Shown here piece by piece: positions 29,803 through 39,843 of a stretch of DNA of 64,000 nt (positions within the stretch are counted from its first letter, which is position 1; every line of letters begins with the position of its first letter). The notes under the pieces were generated by a model, which did no database searches, was not told where the DNA came from, and saw only the letters and a list, made by a program, of their open reading frames with translations. The position numbers and the translations under genes were made by a program. The DNA comes from a virus, in IMG/VR virus record IMGVR_UViG_3300027798_006580; one strand, written 5' to 3'.

Positions 29803-30399
29803 ATGACAGTAATGCCTCAACTTGGTGATGTAGACGTCTTTGATAGTATAGATTTAGATGATCTTTGGTGTGTGGACAAATTAATCTTATCAAAAAAATT
29901 AGGTTATACATGCGGCCTTGCAGGGATACCGCCAACAACTCCCGGTGAGTACATAGTGCGTCCCATTATAAATCTAAAATCCATGAGTGCTGGCGCTTCA
30001 ATACAGTATCTGGACTCTGATACTATTCCAAATGGTTATTTCTGGTGCGAGATATTTACTGGACGTCATTTAAGTTTTGATTACCACTGGGGCAAACAGA
30101 CATTAGCAGTGGAGGGATTTAGAGATGATCCTTCACGTTTAGATAGGTTTAGTCACTGGACGAAAATTGACGATATATTTATATTGCCTGAGATACTGCA
30201 AACTGTTGCGGATAGATACGAATGGTTTAATGTAGAAGTGATAGGCCATCGAGTTATTGAAGTACATTTTAGATACAATGATGACTTTTCCAATCACAAT
30301 GCCAATACTATTATACCGGTTTGGCGTGACGAATTTTACTCTAGTCCAGACGGAGATAGACTAGGATTTGTATTAAAAACAGTTGACACTAATGTTTAA
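29803..30399 (+). CDS. Hypothetical protein, possibly ATP-grasp-like
   Basis: DKLILS..LGY, YIVRP, FW.E.F.G.H.S.D, NVE....IEVH.R. Confidence 0.5.
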   Translation: MTVMPQLGDVDVFDSIDLDDLWCVDKLILSKKLGYTCGLAGIPPTTPGEYIVRPIINLKSMSAGASIQYLDSDTIPNGYFWCEIFTGRHLSFDYHWGKQTLAVEGFRDDPSRLDRFSHWTKIDDIFILPEILQTVADRYEWFNVEVIGHRVIEVHFRYNDDFSNHNANTIIPVWRDEFYSSPDGDRLGFVLKTVDTNV

Positions 30400-30438
30400 A
30401 GACAGTATAATTAATACTTTTAACATTTAAGGACTGTT

Positions 30439-30867
30439 ATGTTTAGTGTACTCAAATTCTTTTGGTTGGTGTCCCGCTCGTCTTGGAACATCATGAATCC
30501 CAATCTAAATCCTCTGCGCCATGCGCCTGTATATATCAAATACTTTCTCAGCATCTTGCTGGGATGTTTCTGGAGTCTGGCATTTGGCCTGTACATTGGT
30601 GAACTGCTGACAATTGGCTACAACATGATTGGACACATTGCCATCATCAGCATGGTGTTTGCTACCGCGGCTGTGTTTCGTTCAGTGGAAAACACCTACA
30701 AGCCACGCACAGGCGTCAACTGGTTGCGAGCCCCAGACTATAGTAGTCGTTGTGACGAATTGACTGAACAAGAACGTCTTGCTAAAGTACAAGAATGGAA
30801 TCGTCGCAATGTGTGGAATGATCCTAAACTGTCTGAAAAAGATAAAGACATCTATTACGGAGCATAA
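30439..30867 (+). CDS. Membrane protein
   Basis: Two to three hydrophobic helices; own sigma70 promoter at ~30383-30411. Confidence 0.65.
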   Translation: MFSVLKFFWLVSRSSWNIMNPNLNPLRHAPVYIKYFLSILLGCFWSLAFGLYIGELLTIGYNMIGHIAIISMVFATAAVFRSVENTYKPRTGVNWLRAPDYSSRCDELTEQERLAKVQEWNRRNVWNDPKLSEKDKDIYYGA

Positions 30868-30869
30868 AT

Positions 30870-30980
30870 ATGACTATTAATGATATAATTGCCATAGTAT
30901 TAATGATAGCCGTAGTAGGAATAGTACTATGGGATATGCACAAGAATAGAGTAAGTAAAGAAGATGAACCAAGAGAATAA
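30870..30980 (+). CDS. 36-aa single-TM protein (not in ORF track)
   Basis: MTINDIIAIVLMIAVVGIVLWDMHKNRVSKEDEPRE; GGAG upstream. Confidence 0.5.
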   Translation: MTINDIIAIVLMIAVVGIVLWDMHKNRVSKEDEPRE

Positions 30981-31095
30981 AGAACCGGAAATAGATCCTG
31001 TAGAAGATGTAGTCAAACACGCACCCGTTGTAATTCCCATCGTAGGAGCAGTATTAAGTTTCATGCTGGCATTTATTGCCATCACTATGACTTGA
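30964..31095 (+). CDS. 43-aa single-TM protein (not in ORF track)
   Basis: MNQENKEPEIDPVEDVVKHAPVVIPIVGAVLSFMLAFIAITMT. Confidence 0.5.
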   Translation: MNQENKEPEIDPVEDVVKHAPVVIPIVGAVLSFMLAFIAITMT

Positions 31096-31096
31096 T

Positions 31097-31315
31097 ATGG
31101 CATTAATTAAATGGATTTGTTTTAGCATCATGTTCGCAGGTGCTATAGTGGTTAGTTTCAATCTGGATCCTATCCTAGGCATCGAATTATTGTTTGTAGG
31201 TAATGCCGCTTGGTTGGTCACTGCTGTACGCAGTAGGGACTGGCCCAGTGCCGCGAACTTTGCCATGCTGGCATCAGTATGGTTTCTGGGTATATTACAA
31301 TATTATAAAGGATAA
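31097..31315 (+). CDS. Small 3-TM membrane protein
   Basis: Hydrophobic 72 aa. Confidence 0.6.
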   Translation: MALIKWICFSIMFAGAIVVSFNLDPILGIELLFVGNAAWLVTAVRSRDWPSAANFAMLASVWFLGILQYYKG

Positions 31316-31318
31316 CAA

Positions 31319-32419
31319 ATGAGTAAAGAACAATATAACTTAACAACAAAAACAGACTACCTAAGTCGCAAGATGTTTCTAGACCCAGCAGGTCCGGTTA
31401 CTATTCAACGATTTGAAGAAGTTAAATATAAAAAGATTGCAGACTATGATGCAACTGCTCGTGGCTTTTTTTGGCAACCAGAAGAAGTAAGTCTTACAAA
31501 AGACAGCAACGATTTTAAAGAAGCTAGTGATGCTGTTAAACATATCTTTACCAGTAACTTGCTACGTCAAACAGCATTGGATAGCTTACAAGGACGCGGT
31601 CCAACACAGGTGTTCACTCCCGTTTGCAGTCTCCCTGAAGTTGAAGCACTGATGTACAACTGGGGATTCTTTGAAACTAACATTCACAGCAAGAGCTACA
31701 GCCATATCATTCGCAATATTTACAATGTGCCCAAAGATGTATTCAACACTATTCACGACACTAAAGAAATTGTTGATATGGCATCAAGTGTAGGCAAGTA
31801 TTATGACGAGTTGCACAGAATTAACTGCATGAAAGAAATAGACGGATCAGTTAATGAAGAAGCGCATATTAGAGCAATTTGGATGGCACTGAATGCCAGC
31901 TATGCACTAGAAGCATTTCGCTTCATGGTATCATTTGCTACAAGTTTGGCTATGGTAGAGAACAAGATCTTTATTGGCAACGGCAACATTATTAGTTTGA
32001 TTTTACAAGACGAATTGTTGCACAAAGGCTGGACTGCATATTTGATCAATCAAGTAGTCAAAGAAGATCCACGCTTTGTAAAAGTCAAAGCAGAGTGCGA
32101 ACAAGAAGTCTATGCATTGTACATGGATGTTATTCGTGAAGAAAAAGATTGGGCAACTTACTTGTTCAAGAAAGGTCCGGTTATTGGATTGAACGCTGCC
32201 ATCTTAAAAGAGTTTGTTGATTACACAGCAGTATCTGCATTAAAGGATATAGGAATTAAATATCAAAGTCCTGCTCCAAAGTCAACACCTATACCTTGGT
32301 TTAACAAACACAGTGACACAAGTAAAAAACAAACTGCATTGCAGGAAAATGAAAGCACCAATTATGTTATTGGTATAATGAGTGACAGCATCGATTATGA
32401 TGCATTGCCAACTTTATAA
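31319..32419 (+). CDS. nrdB: Ribonucleotide reductase class Ia beta subunit
   Basis: FFWQPEEV, LDSLQG, E..IHSKSY (radical Tyr), LEAFRF, DELLH. Confidence 0.95.
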   Translation: MSKEQYNLTTKTDYLSRKMFLDPAGPVTIQRFEEVKYKKIADYDATARGFFWQPEEVSLTKDSNDFKEASDAVKHIFTSNLLRQTALDSLQGRGPTQVFTPVCSLPEVEALMYNWGFFETNIHSKSYSHIIRNIYNVPKDVFNTIHDTKEIVDMASSVGKYYDELHRINCMKEIDGSVNEEAHIRAIWMALNASYALEAFRFMVSFATSLAMVENKIFIGNGNIISLILQDELLHKGWTAYLINQVVKEDPRFVKVKAECEQEVYALYMDVIREEKDWATYLFKKGPVIGLNAAILKEFVDYTAVSALKDIGIKYQSPAPKSTPIPWFNKHSDTSKKQTALQENESTNYVIGIMSDSIDYDALPTL

Positions 32420-32430
32420 AGAAAGACATT

Positions 32431-33033
32431 ATGAAAATCAACGAAATAACACTGAACGAACAGGCAATAACTCAGCAAGAGTTGTCACAATTATATGTAA
32501 AAGGAAAGCCAATGAGTTTTATTAAAAATACTCCTGTGGCTTTAATTCCTTTTGCAAACCTTGAAAAATTATTTGGTCCTGAAAAAGCTCAAGAAGTTGC
32601 CAGCTTGGCTGGATCAGTTGATAAAACCAGTTACAGTCAAGCATATCAACAAAACGGATATGTAGTATTTCAATGGAACAGTAATGAAAATGCCCCTGAC
32701 ATTTATATTGCTAATCCAGAAGTAGTATCCAGTAAATACGAAAAATTCACTGGTCAATTGCCAACTGATCCCAAAGGAAGAAGCAAAGTTCCTTCTTTGG
32801 TTGTGTTAGATAAACTAGGTCTGGATGCCAGCCGTGTGCCTTTCTTCGTTAAGAAAGTCCCCACTGAAATGGTCAGTGCAGACAGTATAGGGCTCTCTGG
32901 AAAAGTTATTCAAACGTCATGGGGCGAGCAAACAGTGCAACAAGGCGGGTTTATTGTAAAAGAACCAAATGGACACATTTATACTGTGGCACCTGATGCA
33001 CAGGGATTGCCTATTGGATATATTCGGGCATAA
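32431..33033 (+). CDS. Putative internal head protein
   Basis: MKINEITLNE start; TSWGEQ motif. Confidence 0.55.
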   Translation: MKINEITLNEQAITQQELSQLYVKGKPMSFIKNTPVALIPFANLEKLFGPEKAQEVASLAGSVDKTSYSQAYQQNGYVVFQWNSNENAPDIYIANPEVVSSKYEKFTGQLPTDPKGRSKVPSLVVLDKLGLDASRVPFFVKKVPTEMVSADSIGLSGKVIQTSWGEQTVQQGGFIVKEPNGHIYTVAPDAQGLPIGYIRA

Positions 33034-33194
33034 TGAAAAAGTTAACAATACAAGAACGCATTGCCCGTGCTAACTATCACAGGAACACAATGTCTAACTT
33101 TAACTATATAAGATTACTAAAAGAAGACTATCCAAATATGACTATCACAGAATCTACTAAAATAGTCATTGATAAAATTAAACAAGGTTTATAA
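33033..33194 (+). CDS. 53-aa hypothetical protein (not in ORF track)
   Basis: MKKLTIQERIAR..KQGL; TAATG-coupled. Confidence 0.45.
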   Translation: MKKLTIQERIARANYHRNTMSNFNYIRLLKEDYPNMTITESTKIVIDKIKQGL

Positions 33195-33195
33195 T

Positions 33196-33435
33196 ATGCA
33201 AGTAGAAATTTACACAAAAGATGCATGTCCATACTGCACACAAGCCAAGAACTTGTTTAAAAGCAAAGGCTGGGAGTTCACAGAACACTATATCACAGCA
33301 GAAACAAGAGAAACATTGTTAGAAAATCTAACAACAAGATTGGGATCGGCACCACGCACAGTGCCTCAAATCTTTATTGACGATCAGGCCATTGGTGGTT
33401 ATACTGATCTAGTCTCATGGTTAAAAACTCACTAA
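33196..33435 (+). CDS. Glutaredoxin
   Basis: CPYC, RTVPQIFI, IGGY.DL. Confidence 0.92.
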   Translation: MQVEIYTKDACPYCTQAKNLFKSKGWEFTEHYITAETRETLLENLTTRLGSAPRTVPQIFIDDQAIGGYTDLVSWLKTH

Positions 33436-33444
33436 ATATATAAT

Positions 33445-33753
33445 ATGTTAAAAGAAAACAAAATCGGACATACAGTCAGTATGAAACTAGCTAACGGTGA
33501 TGAAGTCGTTGGCAAAATCACAGGTCAAACCGCAGAAGGTCTTACTATTAGTAAACCAGTTATTTTAGCGGCCAGCAGGGATGGATTACAAATGATCCCT
33601 TTTATGATGACTGCTGAACCTAACAGTGACTTTGTGTTTAAATCACATACAATTATGTGCGTTGCAGATACTAACGAACAAGTAGCAGATGCTTATCTTG
33701 AAAGTACAACTGGAATTAAACCTGTTAGAAATTCTAGCAGTATTATAATATAA
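33445..33753 (+). CDS. Sm-like fold phage protein
   Basis: VSMKL.NGDEVVG and Y...TTGI pattern. Confidence 0.55.
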   Translation: MLKENKIGHTVSMKLANGDEVVGKITGQTAEGLTISKPVILAASRDGLQMIPFMMTAEPNSDFVFKSHTIMCVADTNEQVADAYLESTTGIKPVRNSSSIII

Positions 33754-33754
33754 T

Positions 33755-34693
33755 ATGCCACAAGTACACAGACTAACTGATCCAAATACTGCTGGTGCAC
33801 CAATCACCGTGGTAATTCAGAATTCTGTGTTTACAAATTATCTATTAACCAGTGTCAACGGAAGTCCGGTGGCAGGACATGGACCCGGTGTTCACGGCGG
33901 CCCAGTGACCGCCAATGGAAGTTCTAATGTATTCATAGAATACATACCTGTAAATAGACAGGGCGATCCGGACACCTGCGGACATCCAAGAGCAACAGGC
34001 AGTCCTGATGTATATGTCGATGACATCAACGGTGACGGTGTAGACACGGCTTCACAGATTGAACCAGGAACAATCGTAGTTGAAGGCAGAGTAATGTATG
34101 AAAATACAACTCGTGGTATTGCTGCCTTAGTCAAAGAAGAAAAGAAAGTTAGTCCCAATCTTCCTACATATCACGAAGACCCACCGACAGTTGATCAAAC
34201 TGCGCCACCACCACAACCTACACCGCCGGAAGGATGTAAAAAAAGCAAATATTTTACATTAGCAGATAGTAAGATGCCAATAGAAGCGCAAATGGGTTTA
34301 ACTAAACAACAAATAGAATGTAATTGGATTGCACTATGCACTAACATACTAGATCCTTTACGTGACGCAGGAGTTAATTTTAACATTAACAGCGCATTTA
34401 GAACATTGGCTTATAACAGAAGCATAGGTAGCTCTGACAAAAGTGATCATACCATTGGCTGTGCTGCCGATTTAACTGTTGGTAGTAGTAGAGCCAATGT
34501 TAAATTATTGAACAACGTATTGAATAAACTTCCTTATTCGCAGTTAATATATGAAGGCAACTGGGTTCATGTGGCATATAGCGGACATGGTCCAAAAGGT
34601 GATGCTAAAGTAATGTATACTTACACTGGAGCAAGACCGATAGCGGCAGGCGCCACTGGTAATAGATTACCTAGAGATTTGAGACTAGCATAA
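33755..34693 (+). CDS. PAAR-like spike-tip protein fused to a peptidase M15 (Zn D,D-peptidase-like) domain
   Basis: N-terminal H..D..H..GS..V...R.GD..CGH...GS.DV; C-terminal SAFR, SDH..G.AAD, WVHV. Confidence 0.8.
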   Translation: MPQVHRLTDPNTAGAPITVVIQNSVFTNYLLTSVNGSPVAGHGPGVHGGPVTANGSSNVFIEYIPVNRQGDPDTCGHPRATGSPDVYVDDINGDGVDTASQIEPGTIVVEGRVMYENTTRGIAALVKEEKKVSPNLPTYHEDPPTVDQTAPPPQPTPPEGCKKSKYFTLADSKMPIEAQMGLTKQQIECNWIALCTNILDPLRDAGVNFNINSAFRTLAYNRSIGSSDKSDHTIGCAADLTVGSSRANVKLLNNVLNKLPYSQLIYEGNWVHVAYSGHGPKGDAKVMYTYTGARPIAAGATGNRLPRDLRLA

Positions 34694-34694
34694 C

Positions 34695-36851
34695 ATGGCA
34701 ACAAGTCCCTTAAAAATAACTTTTCCTACTAACCTTCCTAAGAACGAAAAAGATCTTATCTGTATGCTACTTGCTGGCAGATTAAAAGATCTACTTAATG
34801 GACGCTTGGTATGTGCTCAACTTGCCATAGATGATTTAATCAAAGATGCAACCGGAGTCAGTGCATTGGGCTCACTGCGTGATTCTCTTGTCGGAATGAA
34901 ATCTGCAATTGACAGAATGAAATCTGCAACGGGCTACGACAAGATATTACAAGGTGTGAATCAAGCACTGGGTCAAGTCAATAATGTATTCAGCTTAGGA
35001 GGACTGTGCCCCAGCCCAATTCGTGCTCCGATGATACCAGACTTGTTGGGGCAGTTAAATACAAATCTATTTGGCCAAGGACTTAATATTTTAAATGCAT
35101 TGGGCAAGGTCAGTAACCCTAGCATGTGTTTGGGAGGCGGCCCCGGCGGCTTTGGTATCAATTGGAACAGTATGCCAGGCGACTTAAGAAATCTTAAAAA
35201 TGCAATCAAGCAAGCAGGTAATACACCATCTGCTACTATTAATGCTTTTAATCAAAATTTAAAATCACAGACATCTAGATTAAAATCAGAAGTAAAAAGA
35301 CTAGAACAAAATTTAGCAGATCCATTGGGACTAAACAATAAACTTAATACAGCAAGAAATTTGCAACGTGCTAAGAGTGTCAGCGATGGGTATCCAGTAA
35401 AAGACAGTCGCGGCATTCTTCACGACAACGTTTTGAAAACAATGGTGTCTGCTGACATAGAATCAACAATAGACAATGGAGATCGAACTCCAATTAAGTA
35501 TGTGACTAAACCAATTCTTGATTATTGCGGAGTTGTAATAGGCTATGAAAAAGTAGCAGTCACTGGTGATCCAGCGTATATAGGGTGGGACCCAAATGGA
35601 GATCCTAGTCTCAACACAGATCATCCAACCGTTAATCCCGTTGCAGGTTATGCCAGCTTTAAATATACGTTTAAGCAAGAAGGCAACACAGTCCGGGTCT
35701 ATGATAGCACAGGAACAGTGGTCACCGATTTGTCTTTGTCTAGGGGCGTTGCTTACAGACTTAGTTTTGAATTAACTAACAAAGAAATTCAATTTTATTC
35801 TGACCCTGCTTATACAACAGTATGGACAGAAGGTTTAACTTACAGTAGAAATCCAGAATATGGTACAGACATGGAAATTATAACTCCTGATAGTACAACG
35901 ACGTTTGTCAGAGGAGAACTAGATTGGGCAGTATTAATAGAAAATCCAACAACACCAAATACCGTTTATTGGAAAACTAATAACAATAGTTCTGCCGGCA
36001 GTTTTGTTATCACAGGTGAAACTTCAATCCCATTGGCAGACAGAACATATGACGTATCAATGGCAGTTAAAAAAGCCAGCCTACATTTAGTAAACGTTCC
36101 GGCAAGCTCTGCTATTCCTGTAAACTACGAAAACTTTTTAGGATCATCTACCTCGTTTACTACGACAAGAACATATAACACAGTAACAACAATATATGAT
36201 GTAAATGGTAATTCAACAGGAAGTAGATCATCTTCGATGTCATTTACAGTTAAAGAAGATATAGAAACCAGCGATGAATTAGGAAATACCGATTCAAATA
36301 ATAAAGTAATTAAATCTATAACAAGATTCAACCCTTCGAGATTCGAAACATCGTCTTATTTAATAACCAAACGTTATGTAAGCATAGAAAATGGACTAGA
36401 GTATACACAAATTTATTTTTATATGTCTCCAAGTCAAAACGAAATTGATGCCACATATTGTATTTTATTAAAATTTGATAATCCCATTACCATTTTAAAT
36501 TCTTCTAAATTGCCGTACACTGATAATTATTCATATAAACTGACTAGATTAAAAAAATCTGGCACCGAGTTTATTCCAGCAACCACACCAATTTCAAATT
36601 CAGATGAAACCTCATTTGAATTAGTGCAATCTAATGGGAGAGAATTTATTAGATGGAATCTTACTTCGTTTAATGAATCTGACAAAGCAACTGTTCCTAA
36701 AAATGAATTTATATTTCAAACTGATATAGAAATAGATTCTTCTGATCTTTCACGAACTTTTATTATTTCTAATCCCAGAGAATATAGAACATATTTTTAT
36801 TTTAAATTCGGCGACGGAGCCGCCATTGAATCTACTATCACATTAATATAA
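34695..36851 (+). CDS. Large putative baseplate/tail protein
   Basis: 718 aa, helical Cys-containing N-terminus and Ser/Thr beta-rich C-terminus; follows the PAAR gene. Confidence 0.5.
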   Translation: MATSPLKITFPTNLPKNEKDLICMLLAGRLKDLLNGRLVCAQLAIDDLIKDATGVSALGSLRDSLVGMKSAIDRMKSATGYDKILQGVNQALGQVNNVFSLGGLCPSPIRAPMIPDLLGQLNTNLFGQGLNILNALGKVSNPSMCLGGGPGGFGINWNSMPGDLRNLKNAIKQAGNTPSATINAFNQNLKSQTSRLKSEVKRLEQNLADPLGLNNKLNTARNLQRAKSVSDGYPVKDSRGILHDNVLKTMVSADIESTIDNGDRTPIKYVTKPILDYCGVVIGYEKVAVTGDPAYIGWDPNGDPSLNTDHPTVNPVAGYASFKYTFKQEGNTVRVYDSTGTVVTDLSLSRGVAYRLSFELTNKEIQFYSDPAYTTVWTEGLTYSRNPEYGTDMEIITPDSTTTFVRGELDWAVLIENPTTPNTVYWKTNNNSSAGSFVITGETSIPLADRTYDVSMAVKKASLHLVNVPASSAIPVNYENFLGSSTSFTTTRTYNTVTTIYDVNGNSTGSRSSSMSFTVKEDIETSDELGNTDSNNKVIKSITRFNPSRFETSSYLITKRYVSIENGLEYTQIYFYMSPSQNEIDATYCILLKFDNPITILNSSKLPYTDNYSYKLTRLKKSGTEFIPATTPISNSDETSFELVQSNGREFIRWNLTSFNESDKATVPKNEFIFQTDIEIDSSDLSRTFIISNPREYRTYFYFKFGDGAAIESTITLI

Positions 36852-36852
36852 T

Positions 36853-37269
36853 ATGGCACAAACACCAATTACATCAGCATTTATTCCACCGGGCCCTGAT
36901 AAAGCAAATATAAAAAGTATTGAAAAGAACTTCAATGAGTTATACGATTCATTAAAATGGAAAGAACTTCTCAATACTGCATTTAATGTCAAGATTGCCG
37001 GCGCTACTTTCACATTACCCAACACTTGGAAAGAAATAAAAGATGATTATGCAGAAGTTTATTTTTGTGTCAAAGGACTAAGCGACCGCCAACATACTAT
37101 CATTGTTCCAACTGATATGATTAACAAACTAAATGCCAGTGCTATTTTTAATTTGGCCAGCGGCAGTGATGCTTCGATGTTTGTTACACTGGGTGGATTA
37201 ACTAGTAAAATCGGAACAATCAAATCATCTGTAAATGGATCAACAAGATTGATTATTTTGGCAAGATAA
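36853..37269 (+). CDS. Putative tail/virion protein
   Basis: I..NFNELY motif typical of tail-fibre N-termini. Confidence 0.5.
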   Translation: MAQTPITSAFIPPGPDKANIKSIEKNFNELYDSLKWKELLNTAFNVKIAGATFTLPNTWKEIKDDYAEVYFCVKGLSDRQHTIIVPTDMINKLNASAIFNLASGSDASMFVTLGGLTSKIGTIKSSVNGSTRLIILAR

Positions 37270-37322
37270 TCATTGACATAAAGTCAAACTTAGTATATAA
37301 TTAAGCAATAGGAGTAATTCCA

Positions 37323-37796
37323 ATGCTTGAACAAATTGCCAAATTTCTTACCAAAATTGGTAGACAACGTATTATTTTAGACCGAGAAAGTAATGAACCG
37401 TATTTGGAACGTTACTACATCTTCCTTAAAGATAGAACATGGTTTCCATTCAACATCTTTCTACATAAATTTTTAAAATCTGATCCGGATGATGTTCATG
37501 ATCATCCGTGGCCCTATGCCTCCCTGATACTTAAAGGCGGATATTGGGAATGGATCCCTAATTTTGATACTGTAGGAAGAAAAATCGGAGAAGTTCAAAC
37601 ATGGCGCGGGCCGGGCAGTTTTAGAGTCTGTAAAGCAACAAGCTATCATCGTATTGAACTTGATCCTGACATAACAGCCTGGACCTTGTTTATACCCGGC
37701 CCCCAAAAACGTGAATGGGGATTTTTAGTTAACAATAAATGGATACACAATGACGAATACATTAAACAACGTACTGCTACAGCCTCCAAGCAGTGA
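37323..37796 (+). CDS. Cupin-like protein
   Basis: LHKF..SD.D..HDHPW, HRIEL, WTLF..G. Confidence 0.75.
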   Translation: MLEQIAKFLTKIGRQRIILDRESNEPYLERYYIFLKDRTWFPFNIFLHKFLKSDPDDVHDHPWPYASLILKGGYWEWIPNFDTVGRKIGEVQTWRGPGSFRVCKATSYHRIELDPDITAWTLFIPGPQKREWGFLVNNKWIHNDEYIKQRTATASKQ

Positions 37797-38091
37797 ATGG
37801 ACAGAAAAACAAGTAGCTACATTTCGTAGTTGGTTAGTGGGAATGTTACAGACAGGTCCAGTAACTGTTACTTTTAATAAAAAAGATGGTGCAGAACGTG
37901 TAATGACTTGCAGTCTGCAACCAGAATTATTGCCACCTGTGCCTGTACGCGAATCTAATACCAACAATCCCATTGACTTTACAAAAGTTAAAAAAGAAAA
38001 TCTAAATATTATTTCAGTATATGATTTAGAAGCAACGGCTTGGCGGAGTTTTACAGTTAAGAACGTTACTAATGTGACATTAAAATTATGA
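37750..38091 (+). CDS. WYL-like (SH3/Sm-fold) domain protein
   Basis: VTF.KKDG.ER.M.C, V.D....WRSF. Confidence 0.7.
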   Translation: MTNTLNNVLLQPPSSEWTEKQVATFRSWLVGMLQTGPVTVTFNKKDGAERVMTCSLQPELLPPVPVRESNTNNPIDFTKVKKENLNIISVYDLEATAWRSFTVKNVTNVTLKL

Positions 38092-38540
38092 AAAGATATT
38101 ATTTTGCCTACGGCATGAACACTAACATTGGCGAAATGACAAGTCGTTGTCCCCAGGCCATCAATCTCGGTCGTTGTACATTAGCTGGCTTTGAATTAAA
38201 GTTTCGACTTCACGCTGACATTGACGAAGTTGTGGGCAGTGAAATGGAAGGTGTGCTTTGGGATATCACTGAAGAATGTGAACAAGCACTGGATCGTTTG
38301 GAAGGATATCCTTTTTACTATGATAAAATTGAAGTCGTAGTTATACCAGACATGCCAGTTAATACCAATACACTTATTTGTGCCATGGCTTATATTATGA
38401 GCACTAAAGGTGCAGAAGAAGCTCCTAGTACTGGCTACGAAGATTGTTTGATTGAGGGCTATACAGCAAATGGATTAGATGTCAAAAGGTTGACAAAAAA
38501 GGTCGATTCCCTTATAATTAATCAAATAGGCTATGTATAA
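38088..38540 (+). CDS. Gamma-glutamylcyclotransferase family protein
   Basis: YFAYG.N, GVLW, LD.LEG.P..Y. Confidence 0.85.
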   Translation: MKRYYFAYGMNTNIGEMTSRCPQAINLGRCTLAGFELKFRLHADIDEVVGSEMEGVLWDITEECEQALDRLEGYPFYYDKIEVVVIPDMPVNTNTLICAMAYIMSTKGAEEAPSTGYEDCLIEGYTANGLDVKRLTKKVDSLIINQIGYV

Positions 38541-38835
38541 ACAAGACAGCGTCCGTCAAGTGTTAATGGATTATAAGATAACTATTACTGGCAATAAAGT
38601 AAAGCGTCAGTACAATGCAAATCCATTTACACATATTACAAGTTGGGATGATCCTGTTTTTTATAAACAAGAAGAAGAAGAACATGTTCCTATGATTATT
38701 ACAGAGATGCCAGAACGAGAATTTACAACAATGGCAGATACATTGTGTGAATTTAAAGATTTGATGAGAGATCCAGAAACAGCTAAACTGTTAATGGAAG
38801 CAAGATTTATAAATAGATTAAAAGGAAACAGATAA
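38533..38835 (+). CDS. Hypothetical protein
   Basis: 100 aa in operon. Confidence 0.6.
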   Translation: MYKQDSVRQVLMDYKITITGNKVKRQYNANPFTHITSWDDPVFYKQEEEEHVPMIITEMPEREFTTMADTLCEFKDLMRDPETAKLLMEARFINRLKGNR

Positions 38836-38836
38836 T

Positions 38837-39679
38837 ATGGCACAACATTCACGCTACTGGAGTTGCACTCCTTTTGCAGATTGGATTCGCGGCACTAAAA
38901 AACTCAGCGCAGGCACAGCAGAAGAATGGGATGACTGGACAACAGCCGCACAGATGAAGCACAATTTTCGCTATTGGTTAGCGGAAGAAGCACTTGGGCA
39001 CATCCAAGATTTTGTAACATGGCCTATAAGGAAAATTTATGATATTAAGTACTACATTAACAACCGTTTTGTTACCCGCACTCATAGCCTTACCGCTCAT
39101 CCCCGGGATATTAAGCCTGGCCAGTGGCAAGACGTGGGGAACCGCTTTTTGCCTTGCTTATTCAATGAGCTTGTTGATTTTGTTGAAGTAGAATCAGCAT
39201 GGAGTCATATTGCGTGGGGAGACAAAGAAGCCCGTGCCAAGTACGATCCTCCGTTTTGGGCCAGTGGTTGGTGGCGTTGGCGTACATGGCGTTGCCCACA
39301 AGCAGGCGTAGATCATCTTGACTGGGCTATGACTTTGACCAACAGCGATTGGTGTAAGCCGGAAGATCCTGAATACGGCAAGCCAACTGGTCAAGCAATA
39401 CGTGCCAAAGAGATTAAAGAGCTTTACATATGGTGGACCACCGTGTATCCTAATCGTCCTGATCCACATGATGCCAGTGGGTGGAGTGACTATTGCGAAG
39501 CAAGTCGTATTGCCAACGGCGGCAAGTTAAGTTGGTCGGGTACTGACAAGAGTCCTGAGCTCAAAGCTATGAGCGATAAATCACACAAGCTTCTACAGGA
39601 AATAGAGTCAGCCTACGAAGCAGAAGACGAAGCCATGATGATCCGTTTGATTAAAGCAAGAGATAGTCTATGGACATAA
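38837..39679 (+). CDS. Trp-rich phage hypothetical protein
   Basis: 280 aa, AAGGA RBS. Confidence 0.7.
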   Translation: MAQHSRYWSCTPFADWIRGTKKLSAGTAEEWDDWTTAAQMKHNFRYWLAEEALGHIQDFVTWPIRKIYDIKYYINNRFVTRTHSLTAHPRDIKPGQWQDVGNRFLPCLFNELVDFVEVESAWSHIAWGDKEARAKYDPPFWASGWWRWRTWRCPQAGVDHLDWAMTLTNSDWCKPEDPEYGKPTGQAIRAKEIKELYIWWTTVYPNRPDPHDASGWSDYCEASRIANGGKLSWSGTDKSPELKAMSDKSHKLLQEIESAYEAEDEAMMIRLIKARDSLWT

Positions 39680-39843
39680 ATCCAAATTATTGTAAGTGCG
39701 GTAATAAAAGGAAATATTCCGATCAATATGATGCATACTACTGTGATTCTTGTAATAAATGGCTAGAAGCAAAATGTAACCATTCAGAATGCGAATATTG
39801 TCCAAATCGACCTGAAAAACCTGTCAACGAAACTATAACCTAA
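39670..39843 (+). CDS. 57-aa Cys-rich putative Zn-binding protein (not in ORF track)
   Basis: MDINPNYCKCG..YDAYYCDSCNKWLEAKC...CEYCPNRP. Confidence 0.6.
   Translation: MDINPNYCKCGNKRKYSDQYDAYYCDSCNKWLEAKCNHSECEYCPNRPEKPVNETIT

Noticed and set aside
25952-32419. Introns or inteins in nrdA/nrdB, or a non-canonical NrdB metal site
   Set aside because: Both ORFs are continuous and of normal length; the iron ligands and radical Tyr are canonical class Ia
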